Positions 47,421-57,694 of a stretch of DNA of 64,000 nt are shown here, piece by piece. Made by a program: the position numbers and the translations under genes. Origin of the DNA: an uncultured Enterobacteriaceae bacterium. Lineage in GTDB: Bacteria > Pseudomonadota > Gammaproteobacteria > Eutrophobiales > Eutrophobiaceae. The number at the start of each line of letters is the position of its first letter. Position 1 is the stretch's first letter. The DNA lies in the NCBI GenBank assembly GCA_964509455.1, contig CAZDXS010000245.1:9392-73391 (forward strand). Direction: 5' to 3'. The notes beneath the pieces are model-generated. The model was not told the DNA's origin. It worked only from the letters and a program-made list of their open reading frames with translations, and made no database searches.

Positions 47421-48167
47421 TTACTCCATCTGGGCGAGAACCGCATCGGGGATTTCCGCGTTGGAATACACTTTCTGCACGTCGTTCAGGTCCTCCAGGG
47501 CCCCCAGCAGGCGCACCATGGTCTGGGCGCCGGACAGGTCCAGGGCGACGCCGCTGGCCGCGCGCATCGTCACTTCCGCCGTCTCGGGCGCGTAACCGGC
47601 CTTGAGCAGCGCGTCTTTCACGCGGACGAAATCATCCGGCGCCGTGAGCACGTCCAGGGAGCCGTCCTCGTTGCTCACCACGTCATCCGCCCCGGCTTCC
47701 AGGGCCGCCTCCAGCAGGGCGTCCTCCTCAACGCCGGGCGCACAGGCAAACAGGCCCACCTTGGTGAACAGGTAGGAGACCGAGCCGTCGGTGCCCAGGT
47801 TGCCGCCGTAACGGGTGAGGACATGACGCACCTCCGCCACGGTGCGGTTGCGGTTGTCGGTCAGACAATCCACCATGACGGCGACGCCGTTGGGGCCGTA
47901 GCCCTCGTAGCGCGCTTCTTCCAGGTTTTCGCCCTCGCCGCCGCCGGCGCCGCGCTTGACGGCGCGTTCAATGGCGTCCTTGGGCACGTTGCTGGAAAGG
48001 GCGTGATCCACCGCGGTGCGCAGGCGGGGATTGCCGTCGGGATCGGCGCCGCCCAGGCGCGCCGCCACCGTGAGTTCGCGGATCAGCCTGCTGAACAGGC
48101 GCCCGCGCTTGGCGTCCTGGCGCCCCTTGCGGTGCTGAATGTTCGCCCACTTGCTGTGTCCCGCCAT
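47421..48167 (-). CDS. YebC/PmpR-family DNA-binding transcriptional regulator
   Basis: [40 protein letters not shown] is the canonical YebC N-terminus. Confidence 0.95.
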   Translation of the reverse strand: MAGHSKWANIQHRKGRQDAKRGRLFSRLIRELTVAARLGGADPDGNPRLRTAVDHALSSNVPKDAIERAVKRGAGGGEGENLEEARYEGYGPNGVAVMVDCLTDNRNRTVAEVRHVLTRYGGNLGTDGSVSYLFTKVGLFACAPGVEEDALLEAALEAGADDVVSNEDGSLDVLTAPDDFVRVKDALLKAGYAPETAEVTMRAASGVALDLSGAQTMVRLLGALEDLNDVQKVYSNAEIPDAVLAQME

Positions 48168-48248
48168 GATGATTGCCTGGTCCTGTTTCGTAAGTCGCAA
48201 CGCTGGTTGGAATGTCCCGCGCCCCGGAGGACGGCGGCGGGTGGCGCC

Positions 48249-49325
48249 TCAGGCGTCGCCGGCGCCGTATATGGGTTGTTGTCGCTGGGCGGCGAAATCC
48301 AGCAACCGCTCTATGGGCGCCCGGGCCCGCTTGATGACGTCCGCGTCAACGAAAATCTCGGTAGCGCCGGACTCCAGCGCGGCTTGCAGCTTTGTGAGGC
48401 TGTTCATGGCCATCCAGGGGCAGTGGCCGCAACTTTTGCAGGCGGCGCCCTTGCCCGCGGTGGGCGCTTCCAGCAGGGTCTTGCCGGGCGCGGCCCGTTG
48501 CATCTGGTGGAAAATGCCGCGGTCGGTGGCGATGATGAACGTATCCGCGTCCAGTTTCTCGACCGCCCGTATGAGGCCCGAGGTGGAGCTCACCACGTCA
48601 GCTTGTTCGATCACCGCGGCGGGCGATTCCGGGTGCGCCAGCACCGCCGCCCGGGGATGTTGCCGCCGCAACTCCGCCAGTTCCTTGCCCTTGAACTCCT
48701 CGTGCACCACGCAACTGCCCTGCCACAGCACCATTTCGGCGCCGGTGCGGGCTTGCACGTATTCGCCCAAGTACTTGTCCGGGGCCCAGAGGATTTTTTC
48801 CCCTTGCGCCGCCAGGTGCTTCACCACGTCCACCGCGCTGCCCGAGGTGACCATCCAGTCGGCGCGGGCTTTCACCGCGGCGCTGGTATTGGCATAGACC
48901 ACCACGGTATGGTCCGGATGACGGTCGCAAAAAGCGCTGAAAGCGTCAATGGGACAGCCCAGGTCCAGGGAACATTCCGCCTGCAGGTCGGGCATCAACA
49001 CGCGCTTTTCGGGATTCAGAATCTTCGCGGTCTCGCCCATGAAGCGCACCCCGCAGACCACCAACACGGCCGCGCCCGATTCGTGGCCGAATCGGGCCAT
49101 GTCCAGGGAGTCGGAGACGCAACCGCCGGTCTCGTCCGCCAGCAACTGTATGTCCGGCTCGGTGTAGTAGTGCGCCACCAGCACGGCGTTGCGCTCGCGC
49201 AACAACTGCTTGATGCGGCGAATGCACTGGTCCCGTTCCTCGAGACCCAAGGCCTCGACGACGGTTTCCGGCACCCGCTCCGACGGTAGCCGATAGTCCT
49301 GACTGGTTGTTGCTGTGTTCATCAT
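48249..49325 (-). CDS. nadA: quinolinate synthase
   Basis: 358 aa. [28 protein letters not shown] and the downstream Cys ligands match NadA. Confidence 0.95.
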   Translation of the reverse strand: MMNTATTSQDYRLPSERVPETVVEALGLEERDQCIRRIKQLLRERNAVLVAHYYTEPDIQLLADETGGCVSDSLDMARFGHESGAAVLVVCGVRFMGETAKILNPEKRVLMPDLQAECSLDLGCPIDAFSAFCDRHPDHTVVVYANTSAAVKARADWMVTSGSAVDVVKHLAAQGEKILWAPDKYLGEYVQARTGAEMVLWQGSCVVHEEFKGKELAELRRQHPRAAVLAHPESPAAVIEQADVVSSTSGLIRAVEKLDADTFIIATDRGIFHQMQRAAPGKTLLEAPTAGKGAACKSCGHCPWMAMNSLTKLQAALESGATEIFVDADVIKRARAPIERLLDFAAQRQQPIYGAGDA

Positions 49326-49375
49326 TTACAAGCAGTCATTGTAAGCGTTCAGGCGCGGCGCTTCAATGCGTATCG

Positions 49376-49800
49376 CGCAACGTTGCGGGACAACCGCTCG
49401 CAGGAAGCCGCCCAACGTTTGCCCCGCCGCGGGGTCCGGCATAGTCGCGACAGGCGACGCGGAGCGGACGCTCGCAGGCGGCCGCGGCAACATCCGTCCC
49501 GCCGCGGGGCCCGACCTGGTCGCGACAGGCGACGCGGAGCGGACACCCGCAGGCGGCTACGGCAACATCCGTCCCGCCGCGGGGCCCGGCACGGTCGCGA
49601 CAAGCGACGCGGAGCGGACATCCGCAGGCGGCCGCAACTCCGTTTGCCCCGCCGCGGGGCCCGGCATCGTTACGGCGGGCGCCGTGGTCAGCGGGCAGGA
49701 GGCGGTCTGGGTCCTTGGGCAAAGCGATCACGTCCCGAATCCCCGCGGCGCCGGCCAGGATCATGGCGATGCGATCCAGGTCGAAAACAATGCCGGGGCG
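49376..49800. repeat. 75-bp tandem array (about 4 units) plus a ~125-bp pseudo-copy of an internal aspS 3' segment
   Basis: gcgacaggcgacgcggagcgg occurs at 49447, 49522 and 49597. gatcacgtcccgaatccccgcggcgccggccaggatcatg at 49726 copies aspS 49920 (offset 194). Confidence 0.88.
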
Positions 49801-49802
49801 GG

Positions 49803-51569
49803 TTACGGTTTTGGCGGCTTTGCGGCAGGCCGGATGCCCAGTTCGCGCAACTGGCGCGGCGATGCCGGGGACGGCGCCGCGGTCAGCGGGCAGGAAGCGG
49901 TCTGGGTCTTGGGGAAGGCGATCACGTCCCGAATCCCCGCGGCGCCGGCCAGGATCATGACGATGCGGTCCAGACCGAAAGCGATGCCGCCGTGGGGCGG
50001 GCAACCGTACGCCAGGGCGTCAATGAGAAAGCCGAATTTTTCCCGGGCCTGGGCCTCGTCGAAACCCGACAACTCCAGGACTTTCAACTGCGTCTCCTGA
50101 TCATGGATGCGGATGGACCCGCCGCCCAGCTCCAGGCCGTTCAACACCAGGTCGTAGGCCCGCGACAGGCCGTGTTGCAGGTCGGCGGCCGCCGCCGGTT
50201 GCGGGGCGGTGAACGGATGGTGCAGGGCCTCCCAGCGCTGTTCGTCCTCCTTGTATTCAAACAGCGGGAAGTTCACCACCCACAGCGGCGCCCAGTCCCC
50301 TTCCTGCAACTGCTGGTCTTCTCCCAGCCGCTCCCGCAATGCGCCCAGCGAGTTGTTGACGATGCGCGCCTTGCCGGCGCCGAAGAACACGACATCGCCG
50401 GTGCGCGCGCCGGTGCGTTGCAACACGGACTGCACCATCTCCCCGGGCAGGAATTTCAGAATGGGCGACTGCAGTCCGTCAATGCCTTTCTCAAGATCAT
50501 TGACCTTGATGTACGCCAGGCCGCGAGCGCCGTACTTGCCGACGTAGGCGGTATATTCGTCAATCTGCCCGCGGCTGAGCGCGGCGCCGCCGGGCAGGCG
50601 CAGGGCGGCAACCCGGCCGTCGGGGTCGGCGGCCGGTTCGGAAAACACCTTGAACTCCACCTGTTGCGCCAGGTCGGCCGCTTCCACCAGCTCCAGCGGG
50701 TTGCGCAGGTCCGGCTTGTCCGTGCCGTAGCGGCGCATGGCGTCGGCATAGGACAGGCGGGGAAACGGCTGCGGCAACTCGATGTCTTTCACCTGCTGGA
50801 ACAAGGTGCGCAACAATCCCTCCGCCAGGTTGATGACGTCCTCTTCCTCGACGAAAGACATCTCCAGGTCCAGCTGGGTGAATTCGGGCTGGCGGTCGGC
50901 CCGCAGGTCCTCGTCGCGAAAACAGCGGGCCACCTGGTAGTAGCGCTCCATGCCCCCCATCATCAACAGTTGCTTGAACAGTTGCGGCGACTGGGGCAGG
51001 GCAAAGAAATCGCCCGGGTGGGTGCGGCTGGGCACCAAGTAATCGCGGGCGCCTTCGGGCGTGGCGCGGGTCAGGAAAGGCGTTTCAATCTCGAGGAATC
51101 CCTGCGGCTCCAGGTAGTCGCGAACGGCGCGGGTGACGCGGCTGCGCAACACTAGGTTGTCCCGCATGGCGTCGCGGCGCAGGTCAACGTAGCGGTAGCG
51201 CAGGCGAATGTCGTCCTGCACGTTGTCGTCGTCCAGTTGGAACGGCGGGGTCCTGGCCGGGTTCAGGATGTCGATGGCGCGGCCCGCCACCTCCACCTCG
51301 CCGGTGGCCATGTTGGGGTTGATGGTGCCTTCCGGGCGCCGCCGCACCGTGCCGCGAATGCGAATGACGTACTCGTTTCGGACCGCGTCCGCAACGGCGA
51401 AAGAAGCAGCCTGGTCCGGATTGAAAACGACCTGCGCCAATCCTTCCCGGTCGCGCAGGTCGATGAAGATCACGCCCCCGTGGTCGCGCCGCCGGTGCAC
51501 CCAGCCGCACAGGGTCACCTCCGCATCGATCAGGTCGGCGGTTAGTTGGCCGCAATAATGGCTGCGCAT
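49803..51569 (-). CDS. aspS: aspartate--tRNA ligase
   Basis: 588 aa. [43 protein letters not shown] is present, along with the class II motifs and the C-terminal FPKT. Confidence 0.97.
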   Translation of the reverse strand: MRSHYCGQLTADLIDAEVTLCGWVHRRRDHGGVIFIDLRDREGLAQVVFNPDQAASFAVADAVRNEYVIRIRGTVRRRPEGTINPNMATGEVEVAGRAIDILNPARTPPFQLDDDNVQDDIRLRYRYVDLRRDAMRDNLVLRSRVTRAVRDYLEPQGFLEIETPFLTRATPEGARDYLVPSRTHPGDFFALPQSPQLFKQLLMMGGMERYYQVARCFRDEDLRADRQPEFTQLDLEMSFVEEEDVINLAEGLLRTLFQQVKDIELPQPFPRLSYADAMRRYGTDKPDLRNPLELVEAADLAQQVEFKVFSEPAADPDGRVAALRLPGGAALSRGQIDEYTAYVGKYGARGLAYIKVNDLEKGIDGLQSPILKFLPGEMVQSVLQRTGARTGDVVFFGAGKARIVNNSLGALRERLGEDQQLQEGDWAPLWVVNFPLFEYKEDEQRWEALHHPFTAPQPAAAADLQHGLSRAYDLVLNGLELGGGSIRIHDQETQLKVLELSGFDEAQAREKFGFLIDALAYGCPPHGGIAFGLDRIVMILAGAAGIRDVIAFPKTQTASCPLTAAPSPASPRQLRELGIRPAAKPPKP

Positions 51570-51968
51570 GGGTGCGTTTCCGGCGGCGTCAGGCGCACGG
51601 GGCGCGGTGCGCCAAGTCGCTGCTTGCCGGCAACGCCGCGCCGGCCGGCGTCAGTGCCGGGGCCGTACCGGCGCCGGCAAGGTTAACGCCCGGCAACGCG
51701 GCCGGTCGAGGCGCCGGCGACAATAACCGCAGGGAACCGACCGGGCCGGCGCCGTCACACCGGGCGCCGGTTGCCGGGAGCGGCAACGGCGACCGCGCCG
51801 CCGGTCCGGAGTCAATGTGTTTTCGCAACGCAGTCATTATGTTAAAGGCAACAGGCCCGGCAACGGCAAACATTCCGCCGTCAAGGCGCCGGCGGCGGGA
51901 TTTACGACCGCAACGGCGTCTGGGCCGGACGAGTTCAAGCTCCGGAGTAAACGGCGGCGCGGCGCAGG

Positions 51969-52379
51969 TCAGGATGCCGACCTTGCCGCATTTGCACCGG
52001 CGGCGGTGTTTTGCTTAGGTTTGGCAACGTCGCCCGACTCGGCGGACGCCGTCTTGTCCGGTTTTTTCGCCGCCTTGTCGCCGGACTTGCCGGTTTTGTC
52101 GGTTTTGGCGTCCTTGGCGCCCTTGGCATCCTTGCCCTCCTTGGCGTCCTTGTCCTTGGGGCCGTCATCCCCGGAAGCCAGATTTTTCTGGGACTTCCCG
52201 TCCTTGAAATCCGTTTCATACCAGCCGCTGCCTTTCAGACGAAAAGCGGCGGCGGACACCAGTTTTCGCAGGGCGGGCTCGCGGCAGGCGGGGCAGTCCG
52301 CCAGGGGAGCGTCGCCCAGCTTTTGCAGTTTCTCCAGCCGGTGGCCGCAGCTGCCGCAGGTGTATTCATAAATCGGCAA
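51969..52379 (-). CDS. FmdB-family zinc-ribbon protein with Lys-rich tail
   Basis: MPIYEYTCGSCGHRLEKLQKLGDAPLADCPACREPALRKL is the CxxC..CxxC zinc ribbon. It is followed by a KDAKEGKDAKGAKDAK low-complexity tail. Confidence 0.85.
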   Translation of the reverse strand: MPIYEYTCGSCGHRLEKLQKLGDAPLADCPACREPALRKLVSAAAFRLKGSGWYETDFKDGKSQKNLASGDDGPKDKDAKEGKDAKGAKDAKTDKTGKSGDKAAKKPDKTASAESGDVAKPKQNTAAGANAARSAS

Positions 52380-52461
52380 GGCAACCTCTCCTCATGCGGG
52401 GCTTCTCAGCAACTGAAAAACAGCGGCTGACTGATGAAATTTCAAGCAGCGTCGGGCGCAC

Positions 52462-53016
52462 TCATGCCTCCGACTTCATGCCGAACGTCATGCGCCGCAA
52501 AGTGTTGTCTTTCAAGTAAAAATGATGGTACAGGGCGGCCGCGATGTGCAAGACCAGCAACGCCAGGATCAGGATGGGGAACAATTCGTGCAGGGCGCCG
52601 GCCGTTTCTTTCAGGGCCTCGTCCTTGCCCAGCGGCAGGGGAATTTCCAGGCCGAAGAACGGCGCCGGGTACCCCGCGGCGGCGAACCGCATCAGCCCGC
52701 TGAGCGCCTGGGCGAACAACAGCAGGTACAGCCCGTAGTGAACGACCCGCGACAGCACGTGCAGGCGCATCGACAGGTGCGGCATTTTCTCGGGAGTGAT
52801 GTTGCGCCGGCGCCACAGCAAGCGCACCGCCAGCAGGAGCAACAACAGCAAGCCGAACGAGGCGTGCAACAACACCAGCTCCCGCTTCTCCGGGCCCCTG
52901 GGCAACTCGTCGGACATCGCGGCGATAACCGCCAGCACGACCACGACGGCCGCTGTCAGCCAGTGCAACGCCTTGCTCACGGCGCCGTATTCTTGTGCAG
53001 TATTTTTGAGCGGCAT
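52462..53016 (-). CDS. cytochrome b561-family protein
   Basis: 184 aa from MPLKNTAQEYGAVSKALHWLTA. It has four helices with conserved His residues (LHW, LLHASFG, VHYGLY, LHIAAALYHH). The longer track ORF runs through the tRNA and was trimmed. Confidence 0.85.
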   Translation of the reverse strand: MPLKNTAQEYGAVSKALHWLTAAVVVVLAVIAAMSDELPRGPEKRELVLLHASFGLLLLLLLAVRLLWRRRNITPEKMPHLSMRLHVLSRVVHYGLYLLLFAQALSGLMRFAAAGYPAPFFGLEIPLPLGKDEALKETAGALHELFPILILALLVLHIAAALYHHFYLKDNTLRRMTFGMKSEA

Positions 53017-53039
53017 AATGTAACTCCCCCCTGTGATTA

Positions 53040-53115
53040 TGGTGGGTCGTGCAGGAATCGAACCTGCGACATGCTGATTAAAAGTCAGCTGCTCTGCCGA
53101 CTGAGCTAACGACCC
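53040..53115 (-). tRNA. tRNA-Lys (anticodon UUU)
   Basis: The reverse complement GGGTCGTTAGCTCAGTCGGCAGAGCAGCTGACTTTTAATCAGCATGTCGCAGGTTCGATTCCTGCACGACCCACCA folds as a cloverleaf. It has a 7-bp acceptor stem, anticodon loop CTTTTAA, T-loop TTCGATT and an encoded CCA. Confidence 0.93.
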
Positions 53116-53844
53116 GGGCAAGCCCTTCGGCGACAGCCTCTTGGCTGAAAACGCAACAAGCGGAACGGTCCCGCCGGCGGCTGGGAGGCAACCCCGGCGA
53201 ACGCGGTGCGACCCGCGCCCGCCCCTGGCGGGAGCCCCCGCTCCGCCTCTTCGCCATGGGAGTTCGCAACCGCGCACCGCCGCGACAGCTATTGTTGGGG
53301 CATGGTAACACAACGGCGCTGAAACGCAAGCGCCTGTACGGCCCCCGGCGACGGGCGCGCGCGCTGCTTGCGATGATATCCGGCGCAGAGGTTTACCGGA
53401 GGGTCGGCGACCCGGCCGGCCGTCGTGCGGAGGTCGGGACGGCGCCCCTTCTTGCCGGCAACGCTTCACCAGCCGCCGCAACCGGCACAGGCACACGCCA
53501 GCCGCGCCGCCCGGCCGCGCGATGCGCCGGCGCAACTCTTTGTGCGCCGCCCGCAGGACCGCTCCCCGTCGGGCCCTGGTTCGTTGCCCCCGCGCCAGGC
53601 CTCTCCTTGCGCACGACGGCGTCTTCGCTCCGCCTAGAAGCCCATCGCGGCGCAACGAGAAGGGGGCGTCCGGCAACGCGCTTGCAAAAACACGCACGGG
53701 TTATGTACTTTTGCGGGCTTGTTCTTTATACTTACCGGAATTTGAACGCGTATCGCCGCGGCGCTGAACGAGCGGGGAGCCGCTTGGCGCCCGGTGCGTT
53801 TCACCTTTGAACAGAAGCATAACAATGACAAGCAAGACAACCTG

Positions 53845-54990
53845 ATGGGCGTACCGTTACTCCAACAGTACCGCATCACCAAGTACATCCTGGGCAAAAA
53901 GCTGAGCGGCGAACGGCGCTATCCCCTGGTGTTGATGTTGGAACCCCTGTTTCGTTGCAACCTGGCGTGCTCCGGTTGCGGGAAGATTGACTACGCAGAA
54001 GACGTCCTGGACAAGCGCCTCAGCGTCGAGGAGTGCATGCAGTCCGTTGATGAGTGCGGTGCGCCGGTCGTCTCCATCGCCGGCGGCGAGCCGCTGATTC
54101 ACCGGGACATGCCGGAAATCGTGCGGGGCTTCATCGCCAGGAAGAAGTTCGTTTACTTGTGCACCAACGCCCTGTTGCTGGAGCGGCGCATGGATGATTA
54201 TTCCCCCTCGGTTTACCTGACGTTCTCCATTCACCTGGACGGCAACCGCGAGCGGCACGACGCCTCCGTCTGCCGCGACGGCGTGTTTGACAAGTGCATC
54301 GAGGTCATCAGGAAAGCGCGGGGAAAAGGCTTTCGGGTCACCATCAACTGCACCCTGTTTCAGGGCGAGGCGGCGCAGGAAGTGGCGGAGTTCATGGACA
54401 TGGCCATGGCCCTGGGCGTGGAAGGCGTCACCATCTCCCCCGGCTACAGCTACGAAAGGGCGCCGCGCCAGGACGTGTTTCTGAAACGCCGCGAGAGCAA
54501 GCAGTTGTTTCGAGACATCTTCAAACTGGGCGCGGGGAAGAAATGGCGCTTTAACCAGTCGTCCCTGTACCTGGATTTTCTGGCGGGCAACCAGCAGTAC
54601 CAATGTACGCCCTGGGGCAACCCCACCCGCAACGTTTTCGGCTGGCAGAAACCCTGCTACCTGCTGGTGGGCGAGGGCTACGCCCCCACGTTCAGGCAGT
54701 TGATGGAAGAAACCGAGTGGCATCGATACGGCACCGGCAACAACCCGAAATGCGCCAACTGCATGGTGCATTCCGGCTACGAGGCGTCGGCGGTGGATGA
54801 TGCGTTCCGACGACCGTGGAAGGCGTTGAAAGTGTTCCTGTCGGGGCCCGCAACAGAGGGCGAGATGGCGCCCGAGTTGCCGGTCATGTACGACGAGGCG
54901 GCGCCGCCGCCGACACCCGAGATTGCCGCATCCGGCAACCCGGTCCCAATCATAATCCACCGCGACAACAGCAACAAGCAAGCGGCCTGA
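53845..54990 (+). CDS. hpnH: adenosyl-hopene transferase (radical SAM)
   Basis: MGVPLLQQYRITKYILGKKLSGERRYPLVLMLEPLFRCNLACSGCGKIDY matches the HpnH N-terminus and its CxxxCxxC cluster. Confidence 0.92.
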   Translation: MGVPLLQQYRITKYILGKKLSGERRYPLVLMLEPLFRCNLACSGCGKIDYAEDVLDKRLSVEECMQSVDECGAPVVSIAGGEPLIHRDMPEIVRGFIARKKFVYLCTNALLLERRMDDYSPSVYLTFSIHLDGNRERHDASVCRDGVFDKCIEVIRKARGKGFRVTINCTLFQGEAAQEVAEFMDMAMALGVEGVTISPGYSYERAPRQDVFLKRRESKQLFRDIFKLGAGKKWRFNQSSLYLDFLAGNQQYQCTPWGNPTRNVFGWQKPCYLLVGEGYAPTFRQLMEETEWHRYGTGNNPKCANCMVHSGYEASAVDDAFRRPWKALKVFLSGPATEGEMAPELPVMYDEAAPPPTPEIAASGNPVPIIIHRDNSNKQAA

Positions 54991-56147
54991 TGGAGACGGC
55001 GTGGCTGGTCCTGCCGGGGCTTTTCATCTGGGCCGCGGTACCGGCGCTTCCCTGGCAACCCTGCCGCATTCGCGAACAACTGGACTCGACCGGCGATCAA
55101 TCCGCCGACCTGCGGGACGTGACCGTGTTGATGCCGGCCCGCAACGAGGCTGCGGTGATTGCCGACGTGTTGCGCGCCCTGGGCCGCCAGGGGCGGGGAT
55201 TGCGGGTCGTCCTGGTCAACGACCAGTCGACGGACGCCACCGCGGCCGCGGCGCGGCAGGCGGGGCTTGAAAACCTGGACATTGTCGACGGCAAACCGCC
55301 GCCGCCGGGCTGGAGCGGCAAGTTGTGGGCGTTGCACCAGGGGCTGTCCCGTGTGAAAACGGAGCACGTGTTGTTGCTGGACGCCGACATTCAACTGGCG
55401 CCCGGCACGGCGGCCGTCCTGAAAACCAAGATGCAAGAGGACGACTTGCACCTGGCGTCCTTGATGGCGCTGTTGCCGGCGCAGTCTTTCTGGGAGAAGT
55501 TGCTGTTGCCCGCTTTTGTCTATTTCTTCAAGTTGCTTTACCCGTTTCATCTGTCGAACTCCGGCTCCCGCCGGGTCGCCGCGGCGGCCGGCGGTTGCAT
55601 CCTGTTGCGCACCGCCGCGCTGGCCCGGGTCGGCGGTTTCGAGTCCATTAAAGACCGACTCATCGACGACTGCGCCCTGGCGCGGCGCTTCAGGGACGCC
55701 GGGCTCGCCACCTGGATCGGGCTGACGCGCTCGGTGCGCAGCCTGCGGCGCTATCACGGTCCCGGCGGCATCTGGCGCATGACGGCCAGGACCGCGTTCA
55801 CCCAGTTGCGCTATTCCTACGCCCTGCTGGTCTTGTGCAGCATCCTGATGACGGCCGCTTTCGCCGCGCCGGCGGCGGGATTGTTGTGGGGCGCCCCGGG
55901 CGACCGCCTGCTCGCAGGCATCGCCGTCCTGCTGATGGCGGGCAGCTACCTGCCCATCCTGCGCTACTACCGTCTCAATCCGCTGTGGGCCCTGGCGTTG
56001 CCGGCGGCCGGCATGCTGTACCTGCTGATGACCTGGGACTCCGCGCGGCGCTACCGGAGCGGCGTCGCGGCGACCTGGAAAAACCGCAACTACGGCACCC
56101 CGGGTATTACGGCGGAAGCGCCCGAAAAACGCGGCGCCCCCGGCTGA
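54990..56147 (+). CDS. family 2 glycosyltransferase, hopene-associated (HpnB-like)
   Basis: TGATG overlap with hpnH. VLMPARNEAAVI...VLVNDQSTD...PGWSGKLWALHQG...LLLDADIQL...AAGGCILLR...LIDDCALA fits a membrane GT2 of the HpnB type. Confidence 0.78.
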   Translation: METAWLVLPGLFIWAAVPALPWQPCRIREQLDSTGDQSADLRDVTVLMPARNEAAVIADVLRALGRQGRGLRVVLVNDQSTDATAAAARQAGLENLDIVDGKPPPPGWSGKLWALHQGLSRVKTEHVLLLDADIQLAPGTAAVLKTKMQEDDLHLASLMALLPAQSFWEKLLLPAFVYFFKLLYPFHLSNSGSRRVAAAAGGCILLRTAALARVGGFESIKDRLIDDCALARRFRDAGLATWIGLTRSVRSLRRYHGPGGIWRMTARTAFTQLRYSYALLVLCSILMTAAFAAPAAGLLWGAPGDRLLAGIAVLLMAGSYLPILRYYRLNPLWALALPAAGMLYLLMTWDSARRYRSGVAATWKNRNYGTPGITAEAPEKRGAPG

Positions 56148-56152
56148 GCGCC

Positions 56153-56833
56153 ATGGGCGGAAGATGTCTCAGCGCCGCCCTGGTTGCCTGGTTGTTGTCG
56201 GGCGCCGGCGCGGCGGTGCCCAACGGCGCAAACGCGGCGGCCCCCAACGGCGCGGACGCGGCGGCGGAACTGGACGCGCCCGCCCTGGTGGTGCAAGAGT
56301 TGCACGAAAAATTGCTGTCCGTAATGCAACGCGCCGCGCAACTGGGATACCCGGGGCGCTACCGGGAGCTGGAGCCGTTCATCAACAGCCGGTTCGACTT
56401 CCCTTTCATGTCCAGGGTGATATTGGGGCGTTACCGGCAAGAGCTGGATGAGGCGCAGACCCGCGAGTTCATACGCCTGTTCAGCCGCCTCAGCACGGCC
56501 GTGTACGCCCGCCGCTTCAACGGCCACAACGGCGAGGTTTTTCTGGAAGTCTCGCGCCGCCCGTTGAGAAAGGGCCGGGCGCTGGTGAAAACCGAGTTGC
56601 GCCGCCCCGCTGAACCGCCGGCGTCATTGGACTACCTGCTGCACGAGCGGGACGGAAAGTGGTATATTATTGGCGTCAGCGCCAACGGCGTGAATGATCT
56701 CTCGTTGAAACGCGCCGAGTACGCCGCCGTTATCAAGGCGCAGGGCTACCCCGGACTCATCGAGGAGATGCGGGCAAAAATCCAGGACCTGGAAGCCCCG
56801 GCTGACGGGGCGGGCAACCCGGGTGACACGTAA
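56153..56833 (+). CDS. MlaC/Ttg2D-family lipid-binding periplasmic protein (HpnM-like)
   Basis: It has a signal peptide. FINSRFDFPFMSRVILGRYRQELDEAQTREFIRLFSRL is typical of the toluene-tolerance Ttg2D/MlaC family. Confidence 0.8.
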   Translation: MGGRCLSAALVAWLLSGAGAAVPNGANAAAPNGADAAAELDAPALVVQELHEKLLSVMQRAAQLGYPGRYRELEPFINSRFDFPFMSRVILGRYRQELDEAQTREFIRLFSRLSTAVYARRFNGHNGEVFLEVSRRPLRKGRALVKTELRRPAEPPASLDYLLHERDGKWYIIGVSANGVNDLSLKRAEYAAVIKAQGYPGLIEEMRAKIQDLEAPADGAGNPGDT

Positions 56834-56869
56834 TGCGCCGGTTCCGACAACCGGCGCGGAGTTGAGAAC

Positions 56870-57655
56870 ATGAAATCCAACAGGCAACAGGAAAAACAAC
56901 CGGCTTTTTTGCTTCCAGCGTTGCTGCTGGCGGGACTGCTCGCCGGTTGCGCCGGCGCCCCGACGGCGGACGGGGAACCCAACCCGGACCCCGCCGAGGG
57001 TATGAACCGGGCTTTCTACAAGTTCAACGACGCGCTGGACCGGCGCGTAATGAAGCCGGCCGCGAAAGGCTATATCAAGGTCACCTCGGCGCCGATGCGC
57101 AGCGGCGTAACAAGCTTTTTTGACAACCTGAGATACCTGAACGTGGTCCTGCACTCGTTCTTGCAGGGGAAAGTCGGCCAGGGCTTTGCCGACGCCTCCC
57201 GCTTCGTTGTCAACTCCTCGGTGGGCGTGGGCGGCTTGTTTGATCCGGCCGCGTCCATGGGGCTGGAAAAACACCAGGAGGACTTCGGCCAGACGCTGGC
57301 AACCTGGGGCGTGGGACGCGGCGCCTACTTGTACTTCCCCTTTTTCGGCCCGAACACCGCGCGCAACACGCCGGATTTCGCCGGCAGCTATTTCACCAAT
57401 CCCCTCTCCTATTTTTCCACCGTGCTCCTGTTTCCGGTCACGGCGCTGAACCTGGTCAACACCCGGGCGAACCTGCTGGAGACCACGGAGTTCGTGGACG
57501 AGGCCGCCCTGGACCCGTACTCATTCACGCGGGAGGCCTACTTGCAACGGCGCGAGTACCTCATCCACGACGGCGACCCGCCCGCCGAGGACTTCGACGA
57601 AATGTTTGACGCGGGTCTGGATGAGCTGGAAGACCTGGAGGACCTGGAGGAATAG
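56870..57655 (+). CDS. MlaA/VacJ-family outer-membrane lipoprotein
   Basis: It has a lipobox (LLAGC). DPAEGMNRAFYKFNDALDRRVMKPAAKGY...FFDNLRYLNVVLHSFLQGK...VNSSVGVGGLFDPA is canonical VacJ. Confidence 0.9.
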   Translation: MKSNRQQEKQPAFLLPALLLAGLLAGCAGAPTADGEPNPDPAEGMNRAFYKFNDALDRRVMKPAAKGYIKVTSAPMRSGVTSFFDNLRYLNVVLHSFLQGKVGQGFADASRFVVNSSVGVGGLFDPAASMGLEKHQEDFGQTLATWGVGRGAYLYFPFFGPNTARNTPDFAGSYFTNPLSYFSTVLLFPVTALNLVNTRANLLETTEFVDEAALDPYSFTREAYLQRREYLIHDGDPPAEDFDEMFDAGLDELEDLEDLEE

Positions 57656-57694
57656 ACCCTCCAGCCGCCCCCCTGCCCGCCGCCGGACGGAACC

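Noticed and set aside
52462-53697. 411-aa ORF spanning the cytochrome b561 gene, the tRNA and upstream sequence.
   Set aside because: It reads through a tRNA gene and its N-terminal 227 aa are Arg/Ala/Gly/Pro-rich with no motif. It was trimmed to the 184-aa cytochrome b561 starting at 53016.
53116-53844. A ~730-bp gene-free region next to tRNA-Lys as a possible integrated element or ncRNA locus.
   Set aside because: The region lies on the 5' side of the tRNA. The 3' side, where integrases target, is occupied 24 bp away by cytochrome b561. There is no direct repeat of the tRNA 3' end, no integrase, and no structured-RNA motif I can recognise. It probably holds the hpnH promoter region.
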